Of a stretch of DNA of 64,000 nucleotides, positions 49,316 to 60,034 are shown one piece after another; position 1 is the stretch's first letter, and the number at the start of each line of letters is the position of its first letter. A program made the position numbers and the translations under genes. The DNA lies in assembly GCA_045105275.1 (NCBI GenBank), contig JBGCDJ010000006.1, positions 1,645 to 65,644 of the forward strand, in the 5' to 3' direction. Source of the stretch: Candidatus Midichloriaceae bacterium (GTDB lineage Bacteria; Pseudomonadota; Alphaproteobacteria; Rickettsiales; Midichloriaceae). The notes beneath the pieces are model-generated. The model was not told the DNA's origin. It made no database searches and saw nothing but the letters and a program-made list of their open reading frames with translations.

Positions 49316-50116
49316 TTAATAAATTTTATCTTTGAAAAATTGCTCCTTAAAAACTCTTTCTTGCAAATTATTATCCTTGTCGAACAACAACTGCTTTTCT
49401 ATACTAAAATCAAGAAGAATTTCTACAGCTTTTATATTTCTAATTTCTTGCGAATCAGCCACTGCACTAACAGGTCTTTTATTAAATTCTATAATTTCAA
49501 GTCTAACTATGCTTTTATTTGGAATCAAAGCTCCATCCCATCTTCTTGGCCTAAATGGGCTGATTGGTGTTAATGCTAAAATATTAGAATTTAAGGGAAT
49601 AATAGGACCATATGCAGCAAAGTTATATGCAGTGCTTCCTGCTGGAGTTGCAACTATAACTCCGTCTGCATATAAGGAATCCATCCTTACTACATCATCA
49701 ATAATAATTTTTATTTTAGCAATCTGATTAGTTTCTCTCAGTAAAGAAACTTCATTGAAAGCATGCGCTTCTATAATTTTATCTTCCTGGGTGGTAACAA
49801 TCATTTTAAGAGGGTAGAGTTTTACATTTTGGGACTCTCTTATTCTATCTATGAGATTGGTTACATTGTATTGATTTAATAAAAAACCTATAGATCCTCT
49901 ATTAATTCCATATATTGGTATATCAAGATTTTTTGTGGCATGAAGTGCTCTTAGCATTTCTCCATCTCCCCCAAGAGTTATAATAACATCATACTTCTCA
50001 ATTTCTTGAAGATTAATTTCTTTGAAATTATACTTTTTGTTTAATACCTCAAATGCTTTACGTGATTTTTCAGATTTTTTATCGTATAAACATCCTATAT
50101 GAAGATTTTGTATCAT
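49316..50116 (-). CDS. nadK: NAD kinase
   Basis: LGGDGEML, GSIGFL, AFNEV, ADGVIVATPAGSTAYN. Confidence 0.96.
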   Translation of the reverse strand: MIQNLHIGCLYDKKSEKSRKAFEVLNKKYNFKEINLQEIEKYDVIITLGGDGEMLRALHATKNLDIPIYGINRGSIGFLLNQYNVTNLIDRIRESQNVKLYPLKMIVTTQEDKIIEAHAFNEVSLLRETNQIAKIKIIIDDVVRMDSLYADGVIVATPAGSTAYNFAAYGPIIPLNSNILALTPISPFRPRRWDGALIPNKSIVRLEIIEFNKRPVSAVADSQEIRNIKAVEILLDFSIEKQLLFDKDNNLQERVFKEQFFKDKIY

Positions 50117-50179
50117 GAATAAAAATTAGCTATACTGTAGATCTAAACATACATTATATAAAATTATAAATATATAAAA

Positions 50180-50734
50180 ATGGACGATGAAAAATATATT
50201 TTAGATATTGATGAACTAGTTGTATGGAAAGATGAAATTAAAGATGTAAAAAAACTTGAGAGTCAGAAAAGAGTTGATATCACTGAGTTTAATAATAATC
50301 TATCAAAAGTTGAGAATAGAAAAGAAAATCATATTGCAAAGCCAATTGTACCTATAAATAAAGATCAATTGTCCAGTAATATTTTAAAATTAGGTGATCC
50401 AAGTAGAATGAATAGTGGTATGCATAAAAGCATTTCCAAAGGAGAATATAAAATAGATTCAAAGCTAGATTTACATGGATATTCAATAGATGAAGCGTAT
50501 AATACATTGGTAAATTTCTTAAATGATTCGTATCAAAGAAAGTATAGAATGCTTCTAATTATAACTGGAAAGGGTCTTAATTCACCTGATAAATCTTCCA
50601 CGATTAAGGAAAGTTTTTTTGGTTGGATTCAAGCATGGGAGGTGAAAGATAATTTTTTATATGTTAATTATGCTCATCAAAAGCATGGTGGTAATGGAGC
50701 TTTTTATGTATTATTAAAAAAACAAGCATCATGA
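50180..50734 (+). CDS. Smr/MutS2 domain protein
   Basis: LDLHGY, LIITGKG, HGGNGAFYVLL. Confidence 0.92.
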   Translation: MDDEKYILDIDELVVWKDEIKDVKKLESQKRVDITEFNNNLSKVENRKENHIAKPIVPINKDQLSSNILKLGDPSRMNSGMHKSISKGEYKIDSKLDLHGYSIDEAYNTLVNFLNDSYQRKYRMLLIITGKGLNSPDKSSTIKESFFGWIQAWEVKDNFLYVNYAHQKHGGNGAFYVLLKKQAS

Positions 50735-51414
50735 ATATATTGATAACAAGACCCTATAATCTTGCGATTAATTCTCATAGTAGGATAAGCAAATTAGGCA
50801 AAAAATCTATTATAATTCCATTTATTAAAATAAAATATCATGATGTGGAGATTGAAGATAATCATTATGACTATATAATTTTAACAAGCCAAAATGCAAT
50901 CGCCACATTTGAAAATAATCCATGGATGAAAGATAAGTCAACTTTAGTGGTTGGAGAGAAAACAAAAGAGCTGCTACTAAAGAAGAATTGCAAAACAATA
51001 TTATTGAATGAGGAAAATGTTGGCGATTTAATTGATAAAATATGCGACAAAGTCCCTATCCCTTCAAATATATTATATATTTGCGGAGATCATTTATCCT
51101 ATGATTTGGAAAGTAGTTTAAAAAGCAAGGCTTACAATATTACTTCTAAAGTGGTATATAATTCTGATGCAATAATAGAGTTAGCAAAGAATGAGGTTAA
51201 TCAAATAAATGAAGTTGTTGAAATAGTTATGTTTTATTCACCTAAGACAGCTAAAGTATTTACTGATTTAGCTCTAAAATATAATTTGTATACAATAAAT
51301 AAAATTGCAATTTGTATAAGTGATAGATGTGTAAGTAGTGTTGCAAAATTAAAATGGAGAGAGATTAGAGTTTCTAGTGCTCCAAATGAAACAAAAATGC
51401 TAGAATTGATATAA
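50731..51414 (+). CDS. hemD: Uroporphyrinogen-III synthase
   Basis: ILITRP, ILTSQNA, VGEKT, MFYSPKTA. Confidence 0.88.
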   Translation: MNILITRPYNLAINSHSRISKLGKKSIIIPFIKIKYHDVEIEDNHYDYIILTSQNAIATFENNPWMKDKSTLVVGEKTKELLLKKNCKTILLNEENVGDLIDKICDKVPIPSNILYICGDHLSYDLESSLKSKAYNITSKVVYNSDAIIELAKNEVNQINEVVEIVMFYSPKTAKVFTDLALKYNLYTINKIAICISDRCVSSVAKLKWREIRVSSAPNETKMLELI

Positions 51415-52311
51415 ATGTTTAAGATAACTCCAGCTAAAGGTAAGATAATTTGTGTGTACGGTCCAACGGCTTCGTCTAAAACAAAATTTGCGATTTCGCT
51501 AGCAAAAAAAATAGGGGGAGTTGTGATTAATGCGGATTCAATGCAAGTTTATAGTGAAGTTCCTATTTTAACATCGCAACCAAGTTATGAAGAACAAAGT
51601 ATCATTTCTCACAGACTTTATGGCATTATAAATCCGACAAGTGATTTTTCTGTACATCAATGGCTAAATCTTGTTGTTAAAGAAATTGATGATATACGAA
51701 AGCAAAATTTGCACCCTATATTAGTTGGGGGTACTGGTATGTACTTAACTAGTCTTATTAATGGGATTGCAAAAATACCAGAAATTACCCAAAATATAAA
51801 ACAGGAAGTAGAAGATTTAACAAGAGAAAAGAATAATGCAGAATTGCATGATATGCTAGTAAAATACGATGCTGATTTAGCAAAAAAATTAAGTGTGAAT
51901 GACAGGATTAGAATTTTAAGAGGTCTAGAGGTAATAATAGCAACGGGCAAATCAATTCTAAAATGGCAAGATTTAAATAATAAATTTTACCAAAGAGATG
52001 ATTTTATAAATATTTATATCCGCTTCGATCGTGCTACATTATATGACAATATAAATAGTAGATTTTTAAAAATGATTGAGCTTGGAGTAGAGCAAGAAGT
52101 AAAGGAAATTATCAAAAAATATGATGCAAATAAGCTTCCAAAAATTATAGGTTTGTGTGTTTTACATGACTATATATTAGGGAATATAAGTTTTGAAGAG
52201 ATGGTGGTTACTATCCAAAAAAATACCAGAAACTATGCTAAAAGACAATTCACATGGTTTAACAATAAACTTAATCATGATCATATTGTTTTGAACTATG
52301 AGCAAAATTAA
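51415..52311 (+). CDS. miaA: tRNA dimethylallyltransferase
   Basis: GPTASSKT, INADSMQVY, VGGTGMY, TRNYAKRQFTWF. Confidence 0.97.
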   Translation: MFKITPAKGKIICVYGPTASSKTKFAISLAKKIGGVVINADSMQVYSEVPILTSQPSYEEQSIISHRLYGIINPTSDFSVHQWLNLVVKEIDDIRKQNLHPILVGGTGMYLTSLINGIAKIPEITQNIKQEVEDLTREKNNAELHDMLVKYDADLAKKLSVNDRIRILRGLEVIIATGKSILKWQDLNNKFYQRDDFINIYIRFDRATLYDNINSRFLKMIELGVEQEVKEIIKKYDANKLPKIIGLCVLHDYILGNISFEEMVVTIQKNTRNYAKRQFTWFNNKLNHDHIVLNYEQN

Positions 52312-52874
52312 GAATCTGAATCGGAGTTATTTTTTCTCCATTTCAGGTATTTTTTCATCATAAATTCTTTTTTTATCCGGGATAACTTATCTAAAAAAAC
52401 TATACCATTTGTATGGTCAATTTCATGTTGTAAACATGATGAAATGATATTATCAGAAACTTCTAATAAATTTTCCTTACCATCTAAATCTAAATATTTA
52501 ACTTTTATCCTATTGTATCTTTCTACCTCTGGAAAGATATTTCCAAAAGAAAGACATCCTTCGGTATAGGTCTTTTTGTCATTAGATTTTTCTATAATTT
52601 CAGGATTAATTAAGATTCTAGGTCCTTCTTTTAAATTCAGTGGTACATCACCTTTTCTTCCTGTATTTATTATATCTACAGCAATGATTTTTTTAAGCAC
52701 ACCAACTTGAACAGCAGCAAGACCAAGACCTTTATGGTATTTCATTGTAGCGATAAGATTTTTAGAAAAGTCTATAATTTCAGAGTTAAGCTCCTTTACT
52801 AATTCAGATTTTTTATGTAGCAGTGGGTCAGGCTCTAAAACTAAAGGTAATATTATATTTATATGGTCGTCCAT
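52308..52874 (-). CDS. def: Peptide deformylase
   Basis: GLGLAAVQVG, EGCLS, QHEIDHTNG. Confidence 0.97.
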   Translation of the reverse strand: MDDHINIILPLVLEPDPLLHKKSELVKELNSEIIDFSKNLIATMKYHKGLGLAAVQVGVLKKIIAVDIINTGRKGDVPLNLKEGPRILINPEIIEKSNDKKTYTEGCLSFGNIFPEVERYNRIKVKYLDLDGKENLLEVSDNIISSCLQHEIDHTNGIVFLDKLSRIKKEFMMKKYLKWRKNNSDSDS

Positions 52875-52962
52875 TTTTTTAAATAAATAATTTAGCTATT
52901 GTTAAACATAATTATTTTGTTTATTCTCAACGTATATAATATTTTTATGCTTATGTTAAGTT

Positions 52963-53364
52963 ATGCTTGGTTTATTTTTAGATTTTTTGAGAATAAGGAC
53001 GTTAATTATTTTAGGTATACTTTATTCGTTTCTAAGTGTTGCGAGCCATGGGAATTTTAGTTTAAAGATACCAGATTTAAAAAATATTGACCTTTCAAAT
53101 ATATCAGCAAGCATAAATTCTATAAAAGATCAGGTTTTAGGTGGTAATTCTAAAACAAAAAAAGATTCAGGTGCTGCCAATGGAAGCGGTTATGTTAGTA
53201 AATTTGATGATATGAAAGATCAAGTTTTAGGTAGTGGTTCTAAAACAAAAAAAGGCTCAGATACTGCTCAAACAAGTAGTGGTATTAATCAGTTAGATGA
53301 TATAAAGAGCGGTGTTGCTGAACTTAAAAAAGAAGTTGATGGTATTCTAAATAATAAGGAGTAA
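52963..53364 (+). CDS. Hypothetical membrane/secreted protein with a 30-aa internal tandem repeat
   Basis: Hydrophobic N-terminus; KDQVLG..SKTKK.S repeated at 53125 and 53215 (90-bp period). Confidence 0.7.
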   Translation: MLGLFLDFLRIRTLIILGILYSFLSVASHGNFSLKIPDLKNIDLSNISASINSIKDQVLGGNSKTKKDSGAANGSGYVSKFDDMKDQVLGSGSKTKKGSDTAQTSSGINQLDDIKSGVAELKKEVDGILNNKE

Positions 53365-53432
53365 TTAGCCATTAAATTTGTAATTTTATCTTTATTTCGG
53401 TAGAATGCTCTGAAGTGATTATTATTTAACCT

Positions 53433-55088
53433 ATGTTAGTTAGCCTTTATATTAAAAATTTTATACTTATAGATTTTTTAGAAATCAATTTTAAAAAAGG
53501 TTTAACAAGTATAGTGGGAGAGACTGGATCAGGGAAGTCTATTATATTAAAAGCTTTGCTTTCTATATTTGTAAAAAAAACTAGTTCTAGCGTTGTTAAG
53601 GATCAATCTAAAACAACCTCTATCACTGTTGAATTTGATATTTCTAATGATGAATATGTTATTAATTACCTCTTTGAAAAAGGATTTCTTAATAATAATG
53701 AAAAAACACTGATCATCAGAAAAGTTATCAGTTTTGATAGTAAAAATAAGATTTTTATTAATGATCAACCGACGACAATTGATAACATTAAGGCTATTGA
53801 AAAGCATTTATGTGAAATCTGTTCTCAGCATAATCAAGTGAAATTACTGGATTCAGGCTCTCATATTGAAATACTTGATAATTATATCAATTCCTCAAGT
53901 AAATTAAATAATATAAAAAATATCTATCAAAAAATTCTATTTTTAAAAAAGGAGTTGAATGAATTGCAAAATAATATTCAAAAAAATGAATATGAAAAAG
54001 CCTATCTTTTAAATAAGATAAAAGAACTAGAAGAATTAAATATTTCAGAAAATGAGTTGGATGAGATATCTGTCAAAAGGAAAAATTTATTAGAATGCTC
54101 AAAAATTTTGGATGTAAGCCAGTTTGTTTCAAAAAAATTAATTGAAGGTGACAGTAATATAATATCAGAATTATGGTTGATACATAAGCAATTAAATAAA
54201 TATGCTGACGTATTTATTCCTCACGATAAAAATTTAGAGTCGATTATTTTAGAGTTAGAAACATTTAATAGTGAGTTAACTACAATAAGTCAAAATTTAA
54301 TTGATGATACTGAAAATATAGAAGAAATCGAGAGTAGATATTTTAAAATTAAAGAGGCTGAAAAAAAATACAAGGCTAGTTCATCAGAATTTTACAGTAT
54401 TATAGAGCTATCTAAAAAGAGATTGCAAATTTTAGAAGATGAGACTTTTAATCTTGAACAAACTAAAAAAAGTATTGAAGATTTAAAGCAAGGTTATTTT
54501 AAATATGCTAAAGAATTGAGTGAACTAAGAAGGCAAGCATCACATAAACTTCGAGAAAAACTGATAGCCATTACTAAAAATTTGAATATGGAGCAACTGG
54601 ATTTAAAAATTGATATAGTAACTACAGAATCAATAACTCCCAAAGGGATTGATATTGTGCAGATATTAATCAAAACAAATCCTGAGCAAAATTTTGAAAG
54701 TATTGATAAAATTGCTTCAGGTGGTGAAATCTCCAGAATAATGCTAGCCTTGAAGTTGGTTTCAAGCAGGCACTATGGCAATAAGACAATAATTTTTGAT
54801 GAAATAGATTCAGGTACTGGAGGTAAAACAGCAAAAATGATTGGTGTTAATTTAAAAGAATTATCGAAAAGTATGCAGGTTATGCTAATTACACATCAGC
54901 CTCAAATTGCAGCTATATCCGACAATATTTTTAAGGTGACAAAGGAATTTGAATTCAATAAGACAGTGCTAAATGCTAGGTATCTTCAAAAACATGAGGT
55001 TGAAAGCGAAATATCCTATATGATTTCAGGTGAAAAGTATGATAAAAAAGCAAAAAATACTACTCAAACGCTATTATTGAAAACCTAG
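53433..55088 (+). CDS. recN: DNA repair protein RecN
   Basis: GETGSGKS, ASGGEISRIMLAL, IFDEIDSG, ITHQPQIAA. Confidence 0.95.
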   Translation: MLVSLYIKNFILIDFLEINFKKGLTSIVGETGSGKSIILKALLSIFVKKTSSSVVKDQSKTTSITVEFDISNDEYVINYLFEKGFLNNNEKTLIIRKVISFDSKNKIFINDQPTTIDNIKAIEKHLCEICSQHNQVKLLDSGSHIEILDNYINSSSKLNNIKNIYQKILFLKKELNELQNNIQKNEYEKAYLLNKIKELEELNISENELDEISVKRKNLLECSKILDVSQFVSKKLIEGDSNIISELWLIHKQLNKYADVFIPHDKNLESIILELETFNSELTTISQNLIDDTENIEEIESRYFKIKEAEKKYKASSSEFYSIIELSKKRLQILEDETFNLEQTKKSIEDLKQGYFKYAKELSELRRQASHKLREKLIAITKNLNMEQLDLKIDIVTTESITPKGIDIVQILIKTNPEQNFESIDKIASGGEISRIMLALKLVSSRHYGNKTIIFDEIDSGTGGKTAKMIGVNLKELSKSMQVMLITHQPQIAAISDNIFKVTKEFEFNKTVLNARYLQKHEVESEISYMISGEKYDKKAKNTTQTLLLKT

Positions 55089-55349
55089 GTATAAATTTGG
55101 CATAGTCAAATTTAAATCATCTGGTAGTATGCAATGAATGGTATTTTTAATTATAAAAATGAGGAATTTAAGCCGAAGGGCCAATTCAGTAAGACTACCT
55201 CTTACCCTATAAGTATATTTGCAAAACTCCCATTACAAAAATCAGATTTAATGAATGACACTTTATAAAAAATATGCACATACTTATTAAGAAAGGTGTG
55301 GGCTCTAATAAGTCTACTTATAACTAATGTAAATTTATTTATTTGAATA

Positions 55350-55865
55350 ATGCAAAAAAAATATCATATACTAATGAGAGGTTTTCATTGGATATCAGCA
55401 ATTTTAATCATTGCTTTACTTGGTATAGGAGTATACATGGCTAATTTTAATAGCGCATATAAATATGATTTATATGATCTACATAAATCATTTGGTATAA
55501 TTATATTGTTTGTAACATTACTAAGAATCATAACAAGATTACTCTCTAAAATACCAATATTACCATCAGGATTTAATTCTATAGAAATTAAATTATCTAA
55601 AATAGTATATTTTTCAATGTATTTATTAATCATAATAATGGTAGTTAGTGGATATTTGATGTCAGATTTAAGTGGCTATTCTGTTAAAATATTTAATTTT
55701 AAAGTCATTTCAATATTTGATGTAAATCTTGAGATGGCGAATCTATTTCATTCTATACATATGTATAGTGCTTACACCTTGATAGGTGTGATTTCCCTTC
55801 ACATTTTAGCAACAATTAAACATATTGTAGTTGAAAAAATAAACCTTTTGCCCAGAATTATATAA
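55350..55865 (+). CDS. Cytochrome b561 (YceJ/CybB-like)
   Basis: FHWISA, LHKSFG, FHSIH, LHILATIKH heme-ligand His pattern over four TM segments. Confidence 0.92.
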   Translation: MQKKYHILMRGFHWISAILIIALLGIGVYMANFNSAYKYDLYDLHKSFGIIILFVTLLRIITRLLSKIPILPSGFNSIEIKLSKIVYFSMYLLIIIMVVSGYLMSDLSGYSVKIFNFKVISIFDVNLEMANLFHSIHMYSAYTLIGVISLHILATIKHIVVEKINLLPRII

Positions 55866-55886
55866 TTTTTATGTTGATTAGCAATA

Positions 55887-55972
55887 TGGTGGAGGGAGCA
55901 GGATTCGAACCTGCGTACGCAAATGCGGGCAGATTTACAGTCTGCTGCCTTTGTCCACTCGGCCATCCCTCC
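55887..55972 (-). tRNA. tRNA-Tyr (anticodon GTA)
   Basis: GGAGGGATGGCCGAGTGGACAAAGGCAGCAGACTGTAAATCTGCC...GGTTCGAATCCTGCTCCCTCCACCA; long variable arm. Confidence 0.98.
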
Positions 55973-56354
55973 TTTATATATAGCCAAGCTAGCAAGTTGA
56001 ATTGAAGCATATTTTTACTAAAAACACAAGCTGAATAAAACATATTACTAAGCATTGTAAAATAAAGAGGGTGTCAAACATACGATCATCTGAAGATGAA
56101 GCAATGGTCAGATCATAGATCCGTTAGGTAATAAGGATTCTAAATTTAAAGATGCCATATTCATGATTCCTGAAATATTTTATTAAGTTTGATTCTGTTT
56201 TTAACACTCTCTTCCTTTTATAATTTGCCACATTCTATCAAATATTTCCTCCATTTTTACAGATATGAAAGATCCAAATTTACTAACTTAATTATTTATA
56301 TAATTGAAATATGCCTTTATCTATGAAATAAATAAACTTATAAACGACTGAATA

Positions 56355-58643
56355 TTGATTAAAGTGGAAATAAAAAGCAAAGAAAAAATAAATACTTTTT
56401 ATCAAAAGGTAGCAGATTTTATTCCAATCGCTTGTCATTATAACGATACAACCCTTTTAACTAAAAATGCGGATTTAGTTCAGACCATAGAGATTCAAGG
56501 GTTTATTGATAAAAATTCTGATGATCAACAAAGGGTTTTAAGAGATGATGTAAGATCAGCAATTGCAAATCACCTAAAGGATTCAGAAATAGCGGTATAC
56601 ATACATATTGTCAGGGAGTATAAAAACATTATGCCCACTCCATACCAAGGATCAGATTCAATAGTAAACCTCGTTGAGAATGAGTGGTGTGCACAGAATG
56701 GCTGGGATCGGCAACTTGTTAATACGTTGTATATAACTTTGGTAAAAAAGGGACCTAAGTTAAAACTTTTTAATATAGCAGATTTCTTATCCTCTATAGT
56801 TTCTTATACTTTAAAACATAAGTATAATACGCATCTAGAAAAATCTATTAATATTCTAGATAACATTACAAAAGCTATAAAAGATGATCTAAAAATATTT
56901 TCGTCAAAGATTCTTACTGTAGTAAAAGAGGAAGATGCTTTTTATTCAGAGCCATTATCTTTTTATTATTATTTAACTCATTTTAAAAATAAAAAAATTA
57001 AAATAGAACAGTGTGGATTTTCAGAATTATTAGCAGATTTCAATATAACTACAGATTTTAGTATTTTGTGCAATAGTAGTGAAAATCAAACAAAATTTGC
57101 AGCTGTTTATTCACTTGAATTGAAAAGTTCATTAGAGGAAGAATTTTTAGAGCCCATTACTCAATGTCATTCGCAATTTATTATCTCTGAATTAATTACT
57201 CTAGTATCTGATAAAAAAGCTATAAAAGATGTTGAAAATTATAAAAAAGCTTTAAAAAGTGTTAGAAGTTTGGAAATGTCGAAAGATTTGTACATAGATG
57301 AGATGCTTAATTCAGATAAGGGGGAAATAAGTGATTTCTGTTCATCACAAATTAATATTACATTTCATTATGATAATTTAAATTTGCTACAAGAAAAAAT
57401 AGAAACAGTTTCTGAGCAATTTAATAATTTAGGGATAAAAGTAGTTAGGGAAGATTTTAATCTGCAATCAATTTTTTACTTCAATCTGCCAGGCAACACT
57501 TTTTATAGTAATAGATCATTTTATTTGCCTGCCTCTTTTATAGCTGCTTTTAGTAATATTCATTCAAAGAGTATGGGCAACTATAATGGTAGTATTTGGG
57601 GAGATACAATTACAATATTAAGAACTCTTAAGGGGGGGTATTATCATTTTAATTTCCATTATAAAAATAATGGAAACACGATTATCGTAGGTCCTAAAGG
57701 AACAGGTAAGACAACGTTAACTCATTTTTTATTAGCGCAATCATTAAAATTTGATATAAAGATCATATATATTGATTTAGAAAGCAGAAGTGATAAATTT
57801 CTAAAATCAATAAATGGTAACACAGTAAAATTAGAAAAGGATAAAGAATCTCCAATTCAAATTGATTTATTGAATATAGATAATTATGATGGAAAAGTTA
57901 ATTGGTTTGCTGACCTATTGCTTAAAATTTGTGCCCACAATGATGTACATAGATCAAATAATAAAGACTATATTGAAAAATTTAATAATTTAGCAAAAGA
58001 GCTAATTGATATTAAGAATTATGATGAAAAGATGAAATTATTGGAAAATTTCATCGAAGCTTCTAATGATATAACGCTAAAAACTAATTATAAAAAATTT
58101 TTTCAATCTGATTTTTTTGATAAATTTTTCAAAAAAGATGAGACAACAATTTTTAATAATGAAAAATATTTAGGGATAGATTTTGCTGCAATTGCTGATT
58201 TATCAGAGTTATTTAATCCTTTTTTAGGTTTATTATTAGCTAAATTGCCAAAATTTTTGACAGGAGAGAAAACCATTATTGTTGTTAACCACTCACACAG
58301 CATATTTGAAGCAGCTGCGTTTCAAAATCAAATTTTGAGCTGGTTAGAAAAACTAACTAACAATAATGCCATGATTCTCTTAACTCAGGAAAACATAGAT
58401 GATAAAAATATTCATAATAATCTATCAGAGGTTATGCCATATTTTGCTTCTCAATTATATTTATCTAATAAAATGCTAGATAAGGATTTTAAATATATAT
58501 TTAACTTGTCTAATCAAGAATTTCACTACATAAAAAGCTATGATCAAAGTAAACGTAGGTTTCTTGTAAAGCATGGAGATGATTCAATATTTGCAAAAAT
58601 GGATTTATCGAATCTCAAAAAAGTATTAGATTATCTTGGCTAA
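56355..58643 (+). CDS. virB4: VirB4-family type IV secretion ATPase (stand-alone second copy, rvhB4-II-like)
   Basis: IPIACHY..TLLTKN..LVQTI, FYFNLPGN, YHFNFH, GPKGTGKTT Walker A. Confidence 0.9.
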   Translation: MIKVEIKSKEKINTFYQKVADFIPIACHYNDTTLLTKNADLVQTIEIQGFIDKNSDDQQRVLRDDVRSAIANHLKDSEIAVYIHIVREYKNIMPTPYQGSDSIVNLVENEWCAQNGWDRQLVNTLYITLVKKGPKLKLFNIADFLSSIVSYTLKHKYNTHLEKSINILDNITKAIKDDLKIFSSKILTVVKEEDAFYSEPLSFYYYLTHFKNKKIKIEQCGFSELLADFNITTDFSILCNSSENQTKFAAVYSLELKSSLEEEFLEPITQCHSQFIISELITLVSDKKAIKDVENYKKALKSVRSLEMSKDLYIDEMLNSDKGEISDFCSSQINITFHYDNLNLLQEKIETVSEQFNNLGIKVVREDFNLQSIFYFNLPGNTFYSNRSFYLPASFIAAFSNIHSKSMGNYNGSIWGDTITILRTLKGGYYHFNFHYKNNGNTIIVGPKGTGKTTLTHFLLAQSLKFDIKIIYIDLESRSDKFLKSINGNTVKLEKDKESPIQIDLLNIDNYDGKVNWFADLLLKICAHNDVHRSNNKDYIEKFNNLAKELIDIKNYDEKMKLLENFIEASNDITLKTNYKKFFQSDFFDKFFKKDETTIFNNEKYLGIDFAAIADLSELFNPFLGLLLAKLPKFLTGEKTIIVVNHSHSIFEAAAFQNQILSWLEKLTNNNAMILLTQENIDDKNIHNNLSEVMPYFASQLYLSNKMLDKDFKYIFNLSNQEFHYIKSYDQSKRRFLVKHGDDSIFAKMDLSNLKKVLDYLG

Positions 58644-58720
58644 AATCCTAAAATAGGTATTGAAAAAGTAATATTACAAGTATACCATCGGTTAACGCCT
58701 TCACTATACAGTAGTTTAAA

Positions 58721-59995
58721 ATGAATAATCAAAACAAGGCCTTTTTAAAATTGCCAAATATAAAACAAGAGATAGAATTGCCGATTATTGAAGGAACGAA
58801 AGGGCCTTCAGCAATAGATGTTAGAAATTTATATAAAAGTACTGGCTATTTTACTTATGATCCAGGTTTTATGTCAACTGCTTCTTGTGATTCATCAATA
58901 ACGTATATTGATGGGGAAAATGGTGTGTTACAACATAGGGGATATAATATTACTGAATTAGCTGAAAAAAATGACTTTATGGACGTATGCTATTTGCTTT
59001 TATATGGTGAATTACCAGGTCAAACAGAAAAAAGCACCTTTATAAATTCTATAAAGCACCATACTATGGTGCATGAGCAATTGCAATTTTTCTTCAGGGG
59101 CTTTCCCAGGCATTCCCATCCTATGGCCATAATGGTTGGTACGGTAAGTTCATTATCAGCTTTTTATCATGAAAGCCTGAATATTAAAGATGAAAAACAA
59201 AGGGATGCAACTATTCTTAAAATAATTGCAAAAATTCCTACACTTGCTGCTATGGCGTATAAATATTCTGTAGGATTGCCATTTGTTTATCCAGATAATA
59301 AATTAGATTTTAGTTCAAATTTACTAAAAATGATGTTTGGGGTTCCTACTGAAGAATATAAAGTAAATAATGTCGTAGCTAGAGCACTGGATAAACTTTT
59401 AATTCTTCATTCAGATCATGAGCAAAATGCTTCAACTTCAACTGTAAGATTAGCTGGTTCATCAGGAGCCAATCCATTTGCAGTTGTGAGCGCAGGAATT
59501 GCTTCACTTTGGGGGCCTGCTCATGGAGGGGCCAATGAGGCGGTGATTAAAATGTTAGAAGAGATTGGTGAGCCAGAAAATATTCCTAAATACATTAATA
59601 AAGCAAAGGATAAAAATGATTCTTTTAGGCTTATGGGCTTTGGTCATAGAGTTTATAAAAATTATGATCCAAGAGCCAGTGTTTTAAAAAGGTATTGTCA
59701 TGAAGTCTTATCTGATTTGAACATCAAAGGTGATAAATTGCTCAATATAGCTACTGAACTTGAAAATATTGCTTTAAAAGATGATTATTTTAAAGAAAAG
59801 AAATTATTTCCAAACGTAGATTTTTATTCAGGAATAATTTATAGAGCGCTTGGCATCCCTACGCAAATGTTTACTGTATTTTTTGCTATAGCTAGAACAG
59901 CGGGGTGGGTTTCTCAATGGAAAGAAATGATAGAAGATCCTAAAATGAAGATAGGAAGGCCAAGACAAGTTTACAAAGGAATTAAAGAAAGGTAG
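58721..59995 (+). CDS. gltA: Citrate synthase (type II)
   Basis: [46 protein letters not shown]. Confidence 0.98.
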   Translation: MNNQNKAFLKLPNIKQEIELPIIEGTKGPSAIDVRNLYKSTGYFTYDPGFMSTASCDSSITYIDGENGVLQHRGYNITELAEKNDFMDVCYLLLYGELPGQTEKSTFINSIKHHTMVHEQLQFFFRGFPRHSHPMAIMVGTVSSLSAFYHESLNIKDEKQRDATILKIIAKIPTLAAMAYKYSVGLPFVYPDNKLDFSSNLLKMMFGVPTEEYKVNNVVARALDKLLILHSDHEQNASTSTVRLAGSSGANPFAVVSAGIASLWGPAHGGANEAVIKMLEEIGEPENIPKYINKAKDKNDSFRLMGFGHRVYKNYDPRASVLKRYCHEVLSDLNIKGDKLLNIATELENIALKDDYFKEKKLFPNVDFYSGIIYRALGIPTQMFTVFFAIARTAGWVSQWKEMIEDPKMKIGRPRQVYKGIKER

Positions 59996-60034
59996 TATAT
60001 ACTCACTTGAAATGATTAATAAATCTGTACATGT

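Noticed and set aside
55090-55345. Short open frame and slightly GC-richer patch between recN and the cytochrome b561 gene
   Set aside because: About 40 codons, no start signal, motif or convincing structure
56050-56290. Coding-like fragments between tRNA-Tyr and virB4 (possible att or gene scar)
   Set aside because: No duplication of the tRNA end and only very short interrupted frames
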